The position numbers and the translations under genes were made by a program. A stretch of DNA of 64,000 nt. Origin: Octopus sinensis. Its lineage: Eukaryota. The stretch is taken from the NCBI RefSeq assembly GCF_006345805.1, contig NC_042997.1, forward strand, positions 29,884,001 to 29,948,000, written 5' to 3'. How positions within the stretch are numbered: the first letter of the stretch is position 1; each line of letters opens with the position of its first letter. This document shows, in pieces, positions 26,197 through 40,229 of the stretch. The notes below the pieces were generated by a model. It did no database searches and was not told where the DNA came from. It saw only the letters and a program-made list of their open reading frames with translations.

Positions 26197-26839
26197 TAGA
26201 TTGGTAGATAGATATATAGATAGATACATACATACATACATGTTATACTCATATGTCTATGGTGAGTTATTTTATTATTAAGAGTGTTTAATATATTTAT
26301 GTGCGCATGAATGATTATGCCTGTATCAGTATACATATGCAATACGTATGCATCAACATCCAAGCTTTGCATAAAAACTTTTATACTAGTAAATAACGTT
26401 TATGTTACGCGTGAATATGTAACCTTGTGTTTTTATGTCAATATGCATACGTGCGCTTGCGTGAATATATGAGAGCGTGGTTTTTTGTGCTTATGCAGTG
26501 CAGTATCTAAATGTATCTGTGTGTATACACAACCGTAGAATACGGGTAAAAATCTAGTTACAGATTATCGAATTGGATGACATCCGTCTAATGAAGATAA
26601 AATTAGTCATGAATTATTCGTTCTGCCAATTAACCTCGCATCATATCTTGACATCCGAACGGAAAACGTGCACCGCACCGATAATATGTCCATTTCATAC
26701 TTGGCTAATAATGTGGGCAGTCATAATTTTAACAAATTTCGTGACAACAATTTTTGTATGCACTCACATACATAAATACATACATAAAGCTACATCATGT
26801 GTGTGTATATGTGTGTGTGTATACATTCAGAACGCCGCC

Positions 26840-26926
<87 letters not shown>

Positions 26927-27429
26927 TCATATTGGTATCATTATAAACTAGTAAATATGTAAAGTGAAGTCGGAAAATTACAGAGAATGTGAAGGGAAAG
27001 AAACATGTGTATAAAAATAAAACGTATTTTCAAGCAAAATTTTGATTTTTAATGGGTATGAATGTTGATTGTAGCTGTAGGTGTTACATGAGATGGAATT
27101 TGTAATTGCAAAGCACTTACATATTTTTATAAAAATTTTTGCAGAAATTTATTTGGTCAAAATATTTATAGTTAAGATCTAAAAGGTGCGGTACCGAATC
27201 ATGTATGAAATGTGTAGATTTAAATGCAAGTTTAATGTCTAAAATATAGAAGCACAAGAAATGTAAGTAAATGTGTTTTGAAATCGGTATCACAGCTGCA
27301 GTTAACTACATAGAATGTGTTTAGTAAATAAGATCAAATCATTTATACGGAAAGCCATGGATTGCGTATAAAAAAGAAAAATGCTTCTTTTGAGAATGAA
27401 TCTGAAAGAGTTAATGATTAAGATTATCC

Positions 27430-28500
27430 GTAACTCGTTATAGTCGTAATGGTTATGTGAAAACTGATAACACTAGATTTAGGATATAAGACGAAGACGC
27501 CGGTCGGCAGACTAATGCCTGAGGATTGCCTCAACTGGCTACTAGCGACAGAAGCCTGAACTACAACGATTCTGATTACTTTTGGATAGCCTTTATCAAT
27601 ATGTAAGGAATAAGTTTCAAATAATCGTAGACATGTGTACCAACAATAATGTAGATGTGAGAACGCGACCCAATTTTGATTCAACCGGGAATAGTCAAGA
27701 AAATTTGTTGTCCTAAAAAACAACCTGATACCCCATCGAACAGCACATGAACCAGTGAGATGAAGTTATTGAAGTAACTAAGATGCTGAAGAACTCTTCA
27801 CCTGGCATCTCATGTTCCACGTCGAAAGCACTGTCAAGGTTGCAGTAAGTAAAAGAAGATTGATTTTTTATTGTTCTGTTTTGCACTTGTATGTGTCTTC
27901 CACAGAAAATTAGTGCAACTGAACCGCGATAGTCATGAAAACTGTAGTGTAATTTAGAAAGACGTTTGAGATTTTTAGAAATATTTTTAATGTGATGTAG
28001 TGCAAGGAAATTTTATGATAGTTACGAAAGAATCGCGACCTCTTTTTTAAATACAATTTCTTGAAATCTATTTCGGTTTCAACAGTCTTTCATAACTTCA
28101 GGATAAGAGGAAAAGCCTGGTTTTGAGAAGTAACTTCAAATTTCCAGTTAATTTAGAATTGAAAATATTTGACACTGAAGATGGGGAATTCATGCCATTT
28201 GTGGAATTTCAAAACTCTCAGAATGTTGGTTGTATATTGAGCCGTAGTTATTCGGGATAATGTAAGGAGGTTCTCAATAAACCCTCTATCGATTTAACTG
28301 CACGAATCGCTGCTGTTTTCAACATTCGAGGATATGTTGTAGGACCATGGTGATATTGGTGTTGTGCGTAGATGGACTATGACTAAGAGGGTCAAGTATT
28401 TCGAGCAAATAAATTAATGAGATCGTAGTTATCTAGATAACTTTGAAGCCGTATTGGTCTGTGCTTCTATTTACAGTTTCTTTTGAAATCGAAGTTTTAA
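27430..28500 (-). mobile_element. Decayed RTE-like LINE RT region
   Basis: KRGRDSF.NYHKISL (KKGDRSDCGNYRGISL-like), TYCNLDSAFDV, NFISLVHVLFDG, FPVESKLGRVLTSTL; frameshifted. Confidence 0.55.
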
Positions 28501-28799
28501 TAATATAGCGCGATAGTTAAGTCTTGATCGTTGACTGCCGATCAATTCTCTTTTCATGAAAAGATGCCAGTCTTATCTTGCCATTTAGAACACGTGTTTC
28601 GTGAAGCATTTCCACTTTTATATATACTGAAATTTTATAAATAATCAATTTCTTGTCGAACCTTCAACAAAATGATCAAGATATTCTAGATTTTATATAA
28701 ACTTTCTGTCGTATTAACAATTCTGCCGCAGCTATATCCTACGCGTAATAAATATATTCGTTATTAATATATTCATTCGCATAGTATTTAATCCTCAGT

Positions 28800-29180
28800 C
28801 TAGATCGAGCCAGCACTCCACCGATCCCGAGCCATCAACCGCACCGTAGCTCTCCTACTGTCTTCACGCACTTCCACCGACCGTATTCCACTCTTTCACC
28901 CACCACTCGTCCAACCTCCCTCTAATATACAAACCCACCCACAAATTCTGCGTCCCTTATTAGTTGCAACCAGTTTTTCAATCTGAGAGGAACTAAACTC
29001 TGTCTTTCTTCAACTGCTCTTTTTCTGTACCCACTGACGAAAGATTGAATCCGAAACGTTGGATATTCCACTGCTCATGGGAAGTTCACTGTACCCCTTT
29101 CACTGTTTTCTATATTTTTTATGTCTTGCCGGCGCAGAGCTGCACAAATGTCCTTGTAGTTTGCTTGCTTTTATATATAT
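28800..29180 (+). mobile_element. C-rich PLE-3'-end-like fragment with an HHR-like motif at 29028-29066
   Basis: CTGACGA-A-AGAT-TGA-ATCC-GAA-ACGT-T-GGATA; stem I imperfect; ends in a short TA run. Confidence 0.5.
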
Positions 29181-29950
29181 GCTGAACTATTGAGAAATCT
29201 GCAGTTACTCTATCCAGATTACAAGTTTAGGTTTATATACCTGTAATAATTGCACCCTGGGATATGTAACACACTGCCTAAATACCAGTCTTGAGAAAGT
29301 AGGCTTCTCAGAAAGGAGAAAGCTAATTCGAAGACTAAAGATTCAATCCATATTCGGAACTGTAAAAATCTGTAAAACTTTCCAGAAGCTTTTCATTTAA
29401 ATATATATGAGCATGTCTAGATATGTAGCTATATGCATGAGTATACATACATAAAATATAATACATACTTACATATATGCATATATACATGCGTGCATGC
29501 ATGCATGCATACAAACAAAGATACCGTTTTTGATGTTGAAATTCCAATGAAAGAACCTTGGATCTAAGTTAGAAACCGGTTCTTACTCTATTGGCAAAGA
29601 ATCTTGAAATAAACTGAATAATGACATACATACATATAACCAGCAAATGGCTATATATCAACAAAATGCCATGCATTTGCTTTATAGATAAAACATAGAT
29701 TTTCCACCTATGTACAGGTTCGAGATTGCATTACTATGTTAAAACTCGAAGTTTGTATATATTGATTATAAATTTCAGCACAAGGCTAGTAATTTCCTGT
29801 GAGAGCATATGTCGACGACATCAACTCCACTGCTCAACTAGTACTTATTTTATAGACCTCGAAAGGATGAACTCTATATATTAAGACGTAATTACCCACG
29901 ATAAGTTTATCGAATATTCCAGAAGAATGCTTTTCTGTAACGCATATATA

Positions 29951-30184
29951 TATTTCTTTACTACCCACAAGGGGCTAAACACAGAGAGGACAAACAAGGA
30001 CAGACAAACGGATTAAGTCGATTACATCAACCCCAGTGCGTAACTGGTACTTAATTTATCGACCCCGAAAGGATGAAAGGCAAAGTCGACCTCGGCGGAA
30101 TTTGAACCCAGAACGTAACGGCAGACGAAATACGGCTACGCATTTCGCCCGGCGTGCTAACGTTTCAGCCAGCTCGCCGCCTTA
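29951..30184 (-). mobile_element. Family A SINE with 17-bp TSD
   Basis: TSD TCTGTAACGCATATATA at 29934-29950 and 30191-30207. Confidence 0.9.
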
Positions 30185-30344
30185 TATGCGTCTGTAACGC
30201 ATATATAGTTTACCGCTACACACTACCGGGAGAAAATGAAATTATGAAAATATTTTTTTACAAAATCTTGAAAAATTTGAACCATGTGCCAAAGGTAGTT
30301 TTAATTTTTATCAAATTATCTAATTTAATATGACATATCCTCAT

Positions 30345-30695
30345 AGCTAGTGGCTGTGTGGTAAGTAGCTTGCTTATCAACCACATTGTTTCGGGTTCAG
30401 TCCCACTGCGTGGCACCTCGGGCCGACCAAAACCTTGTGAGTGGATTTGGTAGACGGAAACAGAGAAAAGCCTGTCGTATATGTGTTTATGTGTGTGTGT
30501 CTGTGTTCGTCCTCCCACCAACGCTTGACAACCGATGCTGGTGTGTTTACATCCCCGTAACTTAGCGGTTTGGCAAAGACACCGATAAAATAAGTACTAG
30601 GCTTACAAATGATAAGTCCTGGGATCGATTTGTTCGACTAATGGTGGTGCTCCAGCATGTCCGCGACCAAAAAAATGAATGAAACAAATAAAAAA
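30345..30695 (+). mobile_element. Family E SINE with small internal deletion
   Basis: Matches 23654-24040. Confidence 0.85.
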
Positions 30696-30719
30696 AATAC
30701 AGGCACAGCCCTCAAACGA

Positions 30720-31830
30720 AAGGTGAACTATAGAAAACAACTAACGAAGAAAATACAACTATGAAGATAAAAAACCCTTTCACTGTAAATCAGTAGAATT
30801 GTAAATAACTCGATAAATAATACAAAAACAACCAGTCAAGTATACCTAAAAATCATAACAACCAAAAACTAATTCTTGGGAAGAACAAGAATAGGAAGTT
30901 GTGAAAATTGTAATTATTAAATTTGAGAGATTTCTCTATGGGCCAGTGAAAATACCCTCGCCCTACACACAACAATAATTTTATGCCTAGCTAAGTTAGA
31001 CGTAATGAAATCCGAAAAAAATGTCATGGATATGAACAGAATATATGTAATAGCTGAAGCAGAAGTTACACAAATACCATATGAAAATGCAAAAGAAAGT
31101 CGCGAAAGCATTCGAAACAAAGATCATTTCTCTGATTTTACTTTTGCAGCCCCTTGATGCCGTGAAACACAATGCGTCTAAAATGGAATACTGGAATAAT
31201 TTAGTTGGCGACTTATACCTCCTGGAAATGAGATTTAGAGTAAGGAAAGGAGAAAGTTCTCATGTTATTAGCAATCCGTTAAATATTGAAGTGGTTGTTA
31301 TGGTTTACTAATGATTATCTATTGAATAAAATTAATATCAAAAATTAACAATTGAAATAAAACGAGACAAATTTATCAGAAATACAATACATAAAAAAAA
31401 ACAGGAACATCAAATCAAATATTAAGCATGCCACCCTGGAGTATTTCTGCACAATCACAAAGAATTCGTTCTAATTTAGAGCGGCAATGCTTCAGAGGAC
31501 TAGCAACACAGCTAGACTCCATTTCAGAACGATGTTATGAAAGGCTACATAAAGAAGAACTAGAAACGAAAGCTCCGCGAAAAGCAAGAGAAATACAAGT
31601 AGCGAAGAATCAAAATAACATATTGAAATAAAAACAAATAAAGTAAGCGAACGAACTTGAATGAGCATAAATTCTCAAATAGCCAACAGTTACAAAATAT
31701 GAAGAAGTGGAACGCTCTGTGATGTAATAAAATACTAAATTTATGGTTGCAATATTTGATAAGCATAAAGTGCCAGCAGAGATATTTTATAACATTGTAA
31801 AAGAACAGAAAACACTTAGACAAGATGGTC
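30720..31830 (-). pseudogene. Probable single-exon class-A (rhodopsin-like) GPCR pseudogene
   Basis: One frame reads AGTLCLSNIATINLVFYY.TERSTSSYFVTVGYL..Y (TM1-2), LF*FFATCISL..SSSSLCSLS*HR..VASPLKH (ECL1 W, TM3 C, DRY-like region) and NI*FDVPVFF (TM4). TGA at 31612-31610 and 31417-31415 sit where Trp is expected. Hydrophobic TM5-7-like segments follow with more stops. Confidence 0.5.
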
Positions 31831-32974
31831 GTTGAGACGGAAAACATTTTAAATAATGTGACTAAAGAAACAGCTGAGCCTAAAGGCAGATAACTTCGCT
31901 TACTGCAGTTAAAATAACTTTTTTTAAATATTTTGAAAATAGATAAATACATATTAAGGAGCTATAAATGTAATGTGTTAAGATACTCTTTGTTAGTGGT
32001 GTTGGTGCCAATTTCTCTTTTCAGTAGTTAACTATTGCAGTGTCGTCACTGCTCAATAGAATATAACTGCATCTCCTCATCTCCTCTGTCTGTCATTAAA
32101 AAAAAAATCGTAAATATAATTTTCAAAAGATGTAAATCGCAGATTAAATAAATCCAATGTTATGTGCGTATGTATTGGTCTTCTTGAAGCCAGAAATATC
32201 AAAATACAAAGTAATGAGAGACTAAGAAGAGTTGGTCGGGTAATGAATGAGATGTGAAATAATGAATGAACCTCATTTTTACCTCAGTATTCCAGACAGA
32301 ATATTTAATTAGATTTTATGTCATAAAGTCTGGGTCTAGTTTCTTAGCCATTTTACTTCATTCCAATCTAAATGAATTCCGCTAAAATTGTTTTTCACAC
32401 AGAAGATCACAGGCTGCATAGATTTGAACGTTTACTTTATTATCTTATTGATTTATTGAATTATTTTTATTGCAGTTCCCCTAAAATTACCAATGCAACC
32501 GACAGATAATTTTCAAAGCTGTAGCGACCACATCGAAATGTATCCTATAGATGTGCACTTGCAGATGCCAGATGAAACAAGACACTAATGTTACAACAGA
32601 CATTAAAAGTTGCCTTTCTTCTCCGTGGCAATTAATTCAGTCGTATAAATAAATAAATTTTCAACTTTGAAAGTTCATGAAGACAAAAGGAATTACGAAA
32701 GACAGATGATAACAGGTTTTTGCAATATTTAATTATACATTTCCATTATCCATTCTATGTGAATTAGCATTGTTTGTATTTTTAAAGCAGAGACGACAAT
32801 CGGTGTAAACTCTTCGGTCCACCTAACAAGAAATAACAGTATCCTAAATTTATAATACACATACATGGTTGTACAATCACTTATACACACAGAGACACAC
32901 ACAAATATATATATAAATAATATATATGTATATTTATATATGTCTGTATATGTATGTATGTGTATATATATATG

Positions 32975-33026
<52 letters not shown>

Positions 33027-33155
33027 CATGTATATGTGTGTGTGATTGTAGTATGTGTACATATATGTATGTGCACATATGCACACACACACACGCACAC
33101 ATGCACAGACATACACACACACTCACACGCACACATATATGTATGTATATATATA

Positions 33156-33224
<69 letters not shown>

Positions 33225-35292
33225 ATCATTGCTATTATCTTAACCTGTCATATGTCCAGGGTTGGCTAAATGCGTTTTTTTTTCCTTCAGTATTTAACTT
33301 GCCATCCAATACATAGTCAACAGCTTGCAATAGCCGGTTAAACTATTGCATGTCCAACTGCATCAGATGCCAAGATATTAACATTGTCAAAGTGTAGTAC
33401 AACGGTTTAGCATTTCTCAAAAGTGTTGTAAGTCCCACATACGACTGTTTTACAAAAATATTTCTGAATGAAAATATCATACATGCATGGATCTACGATT
33501 TTATGCAACCAGCAAGATATTATCGTTAAGCTGAAACTGTTGCTAATGTAAAAAGAAATGGAATGGCGATACTAAGTTTCGTTTTCTGAAAAAGCAACGT
33601 TTGGGCTTGTGTGTGTCTACATACATACTTATATATTTATATATATATATACAAAAACACATGCACGAACATAAGCTTGTCTTGGTATATAAGTGTTAGT
33701 GACTGTACGTTTCTCCTTGAGGATTTATCTTTTAGAGAAAAAAGATGTGGCGAAACACCTGTGTTGCCAGCTGTTAAACGAACCAGTCCGTTGAGATAGA
33801 TTCGCAGATAGAAAGTTTAGTTGCGTGCTGACTATAAAAGAAGAGTTGCAAGATTTAAATTCCCAGAGTGCTGCAGTTCCAGATACGAACTTTTCGGTAA
33901 GACAATGCATGCGGTTCGTAGGGGTGTTATAAAGAGGAAAATTATCGATCATGTTTGAGTTTAGTGTTGGCAAAATTCATACTGTAAGTTCAGAAGCGAA
34001 AGAAATGGAAAACAAATTTACGCTAGCTTCTGTTGTTGCTTTGCTTCAGATCTAATCGTATCTAGCTTAGACGACTGTAAATCGAAATAGTTTATTCAGA
34101 ATATGTTTTCCAATAACTTTCTGGCGGTTTTTTGTTGGAAGATGATAAAGTAGGATTTTAGAAAACTCGAGCTTTCTAGCCGTTTAATCGACCTTGTAGA
34201 GGTTCCCTTGGTTATACGTCTATACCGCTGTATTATTTTACATTTCAGCGGCAAATGTTATAAAAACAATTCTCAACTATATAGGAGGACGATAATTAAC
34301 TGAACCAAAAGCTTAGGTGATATGGTGACTTGTCAGTGATAGGAATAATTCCTGCTACTGTTGCTTTTACTGTTGTTTAGTTTTGAGATCTACCGTGCTA
34401 AGCTACACACTTAATAATAGATGATTAAATCGAGAATTATTTTTCAATGAGTACCTTGAATATCTTCAATTGAAACAAAGAGGTGGTCGTGGCTGCAACG
34501 CCTTGAGCAACAACACAACAAACAAAATTTGGATGATTTCTGTTACAACACCTTTTTAGGAAGGGTTTGATCAGTCTGCTATGACCTTGGGCAAAATCGT
34601 TACAATTGTTGTTACCAAATAAACGTCAGTTTCCTTCTGATAGTTACAGCTCGAGCTTTATCATCTAGTGATATTACAGTCTAGCTGTCTGTCACAATGT
34701 CTCAAGCAAGCCGTCCAAGGCATGAACAATATCTAAATATACACAAGTATTTAAACTATAATAAAAAAATTTCTGTCAAGTATTTTCTCACATTAAAGCG
34801 ACAGAATGATATTTGAATGTTGTTTTGGCAATGTTATTATATATGTTAAGTTGATATGTCTGAACGTCAAAGTTTATAATGACATTTGTTGTAAGTTAGA
34901 ATATTGTTGTTCATATTACCGTTTAGTCCATGCTATATGTGATCGAACGACATATGTTCAAAGACATAGATATCCAACCTATTAATATTCTATTTTTGAA
35001 TGCCATTACAATATCTAATCTGCCGTATTTTCTTAAATTTGGAATGAAACTATTTGGGATGTGCTGGACTGTTATGCATAGCATATTGGAAGCTACAAAC
35101 TAACCTACTAAGTGACTCATAAATAGAGAGAACGTTGAGCTTGTGTTTTGTTGTTTTTCTATGCATATGTAGTGATTGTGTATTGAAAAATGTTTCTTTT
35201 CATAGAGGGAGAGAAAATCGTTTCTATGATGTCTGCATGCAATATAAGAAGGACTGTGGGGTACTATGAATAGATTGGTGATTTTATTTGAA

Positions 35293-35688
35293 ATTGTTAT
35301 ATTTCGGAATACCAGTTTAGCCAATAAAAACACACGCACTATATATTTGGTGTTATTTTGCTTCAGTGTTTTTTGTTTTTTACATTAATCTTAATCTTAT
35401 TTCGGCCAGAGTTCTTTCGTCATGTTCCTGTGACCGCATCAGTGGTCCTTTGTTTTCTTCTTTCTTATTTGTGTCTCTCCTTACTAACGGTTAGTAAGGA
35501 GAGACACAAATAAGAAAAAAGAAAACAAAGGACCACTGATGCTGTCACAGGAGTGTGACGAAAGAACTCTGGCCGAAATAAGATTAATGTAAAAAACAAA
35601 TAACACTGAAGCAAAATAACACCAAATATATAGTGCGTGTGTTTTTATTGGCTAAACTGGCAATATGACCATTCCGAAATATAACAAT
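35293..35688. mobile_element. Foldback element (about 195-bp arms) with an HHR-like motif in each arm
   Basis: Centre CCTTACTAAC-G-GTTAGTAAGG; plus motif 35533-35572, minus motif 35445-35406. Confidence 0.85.
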
Positions 35689-35994
35689 ATCTGTTTCAAC
35701 ACACGACTTCACATAAAAAATCTTGCACAACAAATATTTATTTGAAATGTAAACGAGAAACTCATTAAAATAGAGATGGTATGAGTGCAAGAACGATCAG
35801 AAACTTGAGGTTTAATAGGTTTAATAGGTTTAGATGTTTGGGATCAGGAAGAAAAGCCCACGGAAGGCAAGAGACATCCGATGAAAAATGAATTGAGTGG
35901 CTCTTTAAGGTACGTTCACTATCAAACATTTTCTTCATATCAAGTGTAAAGATATTTTCTCAGTAAAATCTATGGTGAGGAAGAATGTTTCTTA

Positions 35995-36396
35995 TACTCT
36001 CTCTTTACTCTCTTTTACTTGTTTCAGTCATTTGACTGCGGCCATGCTGGAGCACCGCCTTTAGTCGAGCAAATCGACCCCAGGACTTATTCTTTGTAAG
36101 CCCAGTACTTATTCTATCGGTCTCTTTTGCCGAACCGCTAAGTGACGGGGACGTAAACACACCAGCATCGGTTGTCAAGCAATGATAGGGGGACAAACAC
36201 AGACACACAAACACACACACACACACATATATATACATATGTACGACAGGCTTCTTTCAGTTTCCGTCTACCAAATCCACTCACAAAGGCATTGGTCGGC
36301 CCGGCGCTATAGCAGAAGACACTTGCCCAAGATGCCACGTAGTGGGACTGCACCCGGAACCATGTGGTTGGTTAGCAAGCTACTTACCACACAGCC
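35995..36396 (-). mobile_element. Family E SINE, full length (a further 3' fragment lies at 36806-36975)
   Basis: Reverse complement of 23654-24040. Confidence 0.9.
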
Positions 36397-36729
36397 AGAG
36401 GGAAATTAGATTACAACTGATAAAGGACTCATTGTTTACAAATATATTCTTTACTCTTGAGGCATTGGAGGTGAGACCGATGATTAGGCAATTAGTACGG
36501 TAAGTAAGATAGGAGAAATTTCCAGACTGAATATTGCAAAATATTGAAAGAAAGAAACTTTGAGCAAACGCATTTTGAATGAGGCAGAATGAGGCACAGT
36601 AGCATTTAGATGATCAGATGAGAATGATGATATAAGCCGTTTTCTTTGGATGTAGGACATAAATTGCTAGATAATCTCTAGTGTTGAGATACAATAATCA
36701 GAGACTATATGTTTGTTATTTCCAGCAGA

Positions 36730-36802
<73 letters not shown>

Positions 36803-36989
36803 ATATCTTTTACTCTTTTACTTGTTTCAGTCATTTGAGTGCGGGCATGCTGAAGCACCTCCTTTAGTCGAGCAAATCGACCACATGACTTATTCTTTGG
36901 TAGCCCAGTACTTATTCTATCGGTCTCTTCAGCCGAACCACTAAGTTACGGGTACGTAAACACAGACACACAAACATATACACACACAT

Positions 36990-37063
<74 letters not shown>

Positions 37064-37161
37064 GAAATATTTCAGTTGAATTATGTACTTAATTTGAAGC
37101 ACCAAGTTTGTCCGGTATTTCCGCACACCTCGAATAAAAGAGCAAATAAGGAACAAGGATG

Positions 37162-38046
37162 TCCAGGTATCAGTGCATTACGGCCTTTTCAAGCGGCTCT
37201 ATTGAATCGATCTATGCAAACATTACATACGGCCATATAGATTTCCAACATGCAGATATACTCCGTTATAATTTTTTAGCAAATGTTTCATCAGTACTGT
37301 AGACTAAATGCGTTGCTTTTTGCCATTATTGTAGCAGAATGAGTTTAGGGGGGAAATATCTAAAGATGTCTAAAGCCTATAATTTCGAGTGGCAAAAATA
37401 AAATAATGGGGGTCAAGAAAAAGTAATGGTAATATAGTTACATTCAACTTTATCCTTATCACATTCAAAAGACTTAATGCAGCAAGTAATCTATATCCCT
37501 TTAGAATTAAAACCATTGTTTAAGTTTTTGTTGTTGGTCGGTAATTAATGTCAGATACTCTTCCCAACCACTATTTCACTATGACCATAAAATTAGCCAT
37601 ACCTACACGAAAGAATATGTCTCAGAAGATACTAGCAAGGTAATGAAATATAGAGACAAGGTGATAACCATAAAGAGGAAGGGCAATGGTGATAAAACAT
37701 ATGATTAGCAACTAAAAAGGACGTAAAATGGAAAACAGAGGAAGTCACGTTGACCTCCTTTGACAACCGTGGGAATTAAAAATAAGGGGAAAAAGTATTA
37801 CATTAGGCTTTACATATTTTCTCCTTAAATTCATTCTGCTACGATAATAGCAAAAAGAAGCGGTGTAGTTTAGTTTCAAGTACTGATGAAAAATTTACTA
37901 AAAATTATAAGGGAGTATCGTGTAGGTTGGAAATCTATATGGTCGTACGCGTCTGAGGAGAACGGCCTATTTAAAATTGATGTAATGTTTGCATTGATCG
38001 ATTAAATGGAGCCTCTTGAAACGGCCGTAATGCATTAATACCTGGA
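37162..38046. mobile_element. MITE-like element with 200-240-bp imperfect TIRs
   Basis: 37162-37365 vs 37809-38046; termini TCCAGGTAT/ATACCTGGA; left arm has a deletion of about 33 bp. Confidence 0.75.
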
Positions 38047-38075
38047 TAACCTAGTTACTTATTTACTTTATATAC

Positions 38076-38118
<43 letters not shown>

Positions 38119-38947
38119 TATGCTTAAATATATGAACGTTTGTATAAAAGTATGTAGGCATGTTTTGTGTATATAGTTATGCATGTACATGCGTCGGATT
38201 AAAAATAAAATTCTGACTGATATACAACAGTTAAAAGTGGAAACATATAGTTTCAGACTTTATAATAAAAATCAACCCGCGGTAGCAATCAAGAAAGGAA
38301 ACTTAGACCAGATTCTTAATTCGTTCTCATTTTCATATTCGCTGCACGTATCTGTTCACCACCTCCTATAACAGACTCTTTTTTTAAACATATAAACGCA
38401 TTTGACGTTCAATCCGTCTTTACCTATAATTAAAATGAAATATAATTTGATTTATTTATTTAGGCCTTAGACAATAAGAATGCTAGGAACTAAGTTTGGG
38501 TTACTTTCAAATAATCTAAATGAATCAGTCGAAAATAACCAGTTTCTGTATTAGATTAACGAGGGAAATTTTGAGCAAAATAGTCTTGATTTTAGCCTTA
38601 AGTCATTTCAGTTTAGAAAACAAAAATATGTGAGCATGCAAAATAAATCCAAAATAGACACGCGCAAGAGTTGAAAACCAATGTTCAGTGTTTTGCGCAT
38701 CTGATTGATTGGTTAGGTTGTATTATCAGATGATTTATATTTTTGCGGTAATTATACTTCGACATCATAAAACGAAATTTGTCTTCGGTTCCCAGAGGCT
38801 TATCCTTTCATTTCACATGTACGCGAAGCTGATGTATATATGTACAAAACACACACACACACACACACGCACACACACACACGCATACGGAGAGAAAGAG
38901 ACATGGATAGATAGATACATATATACATACATAATATATATACATAC

Positions 38948-39006
<59 letters not shown>

Positions 39007-39744
39007 AAATATACATATAAACACACACACTCACACACATACATATATATATATATACAATATATACGTGTGTATGTGTTTGAGTGTTTGCGTGTGTCAA
39101 TGCATGTATGTATGCATGTATGTATGCATGTCAATGCATGTATGTATGTAAATATGTATGTATGTATGAATGTATGTATGTATGTATAAGTATTAAATCA
39201 TTCCATTTCTATTGACAAAAAAAAAACGACACGCAGCATAAATTAATATATATGTATTTTAGAAAAACAGTGCTAAATCATTTACGAATGCAGTGCCTGT
39301 AACAGCAGGCGATCAGAGAAGATATATATTTGTAAATTGCATGTTATGAATTAAAGATTACTATTGGATTTTCAAAGAGTGGCCCGCAATATTTTATACT
39401 ATAGTTCTAACTTAATGTAAATTTGCTATTGCATTAAATTATAAAACGTATTGAGCACAATGACAGACCAGGTGTGAAAATTCTTTTTTTTCGTTCCTGT
39501 GAGAGACTTTTAATGATATTTCTATTCAGCTTGCATGTTTCTTTTAACGTTGGTATTAGATTCAGATATCATAAACACATAAATGCAGTATTCTCCAACT
39601 AAAGAAGCACTACTTTAAAAAAATCACCAAATTTCAATACTACGTGTTGATTTTAATGATTGAAACATATCATTTCCATATAGAAATATAACTTTGTTCT
39701 CTTCTAATAAAGGCATTGCAAACGTGTATGATTTACGATGTGAG

Positions 39745-40115
39745 CTCAAATTTCACCGCCGTTGGCTTTAACTCCCATCATTTCAGCATCGATAAAATAA
39801 GTACCAGTTGAATACGGAGGTTCATGTAATCAAATTTCCTCATCTACCGTAATTGCTGGTCTAGTGCAAAAATTTGAACACATTATTAACATTATGAGGG
39901 TGAGCTGATAGAATCGTTACTGCGCCAGAAAAAATGTTTAGAAGCATTTCTTCCGATTTTACGTTTTAAATTCAAATTGCGCCGAGGTCGACTTTGCCTT
40001 TCTTCCTTTCGGGGTCGGTTAAGTAAGTAGCAGTGAAACACTGGGGTCGATGTAATCCACTAGTCCCCTACCCACAAATTTGAGGCTTGTGCATGTAGTA
40101 GAAAGGGTTATTGTT
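39745..40115 (+). mobile_element. Two tandem diverged family A-type SINEs (a third fragment at 40585-40737)
   Basis: TTCAAATT..GCCGAGGTCGACTTTGCCTTT..GGGGTCG core with variant tails. Confidence 0.7.
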
Positions 40116-40229
40116 ATTATTACTTTCATACACACACAACAAATTAGACTGTTGGAAAAGAAAAATCCTAAAATCGGGATACAAGTAACCTCAGATGCCA
40201 AGAACCTTCCTAAGTATACCAGTTGTCTG

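Noticed and set aside
29540-29590. CCAATGA..GAA-ACCGGT-T HHR-like pattern
   Set aside because: Two core mismatches and no stem I pairing.
31340-31830. Rescue of the GPCR-like frame by A-to-I recoding of UGA to Trp, or by selenocysteine
   Set aside because: TAA stops and downstream disruptions also occur; ordinary TGG-to-TGA decay is simpler.
37880-37920. CTGATGA inside the long TIR
   Set aside because: No stem II or GAAA follows; chance match.
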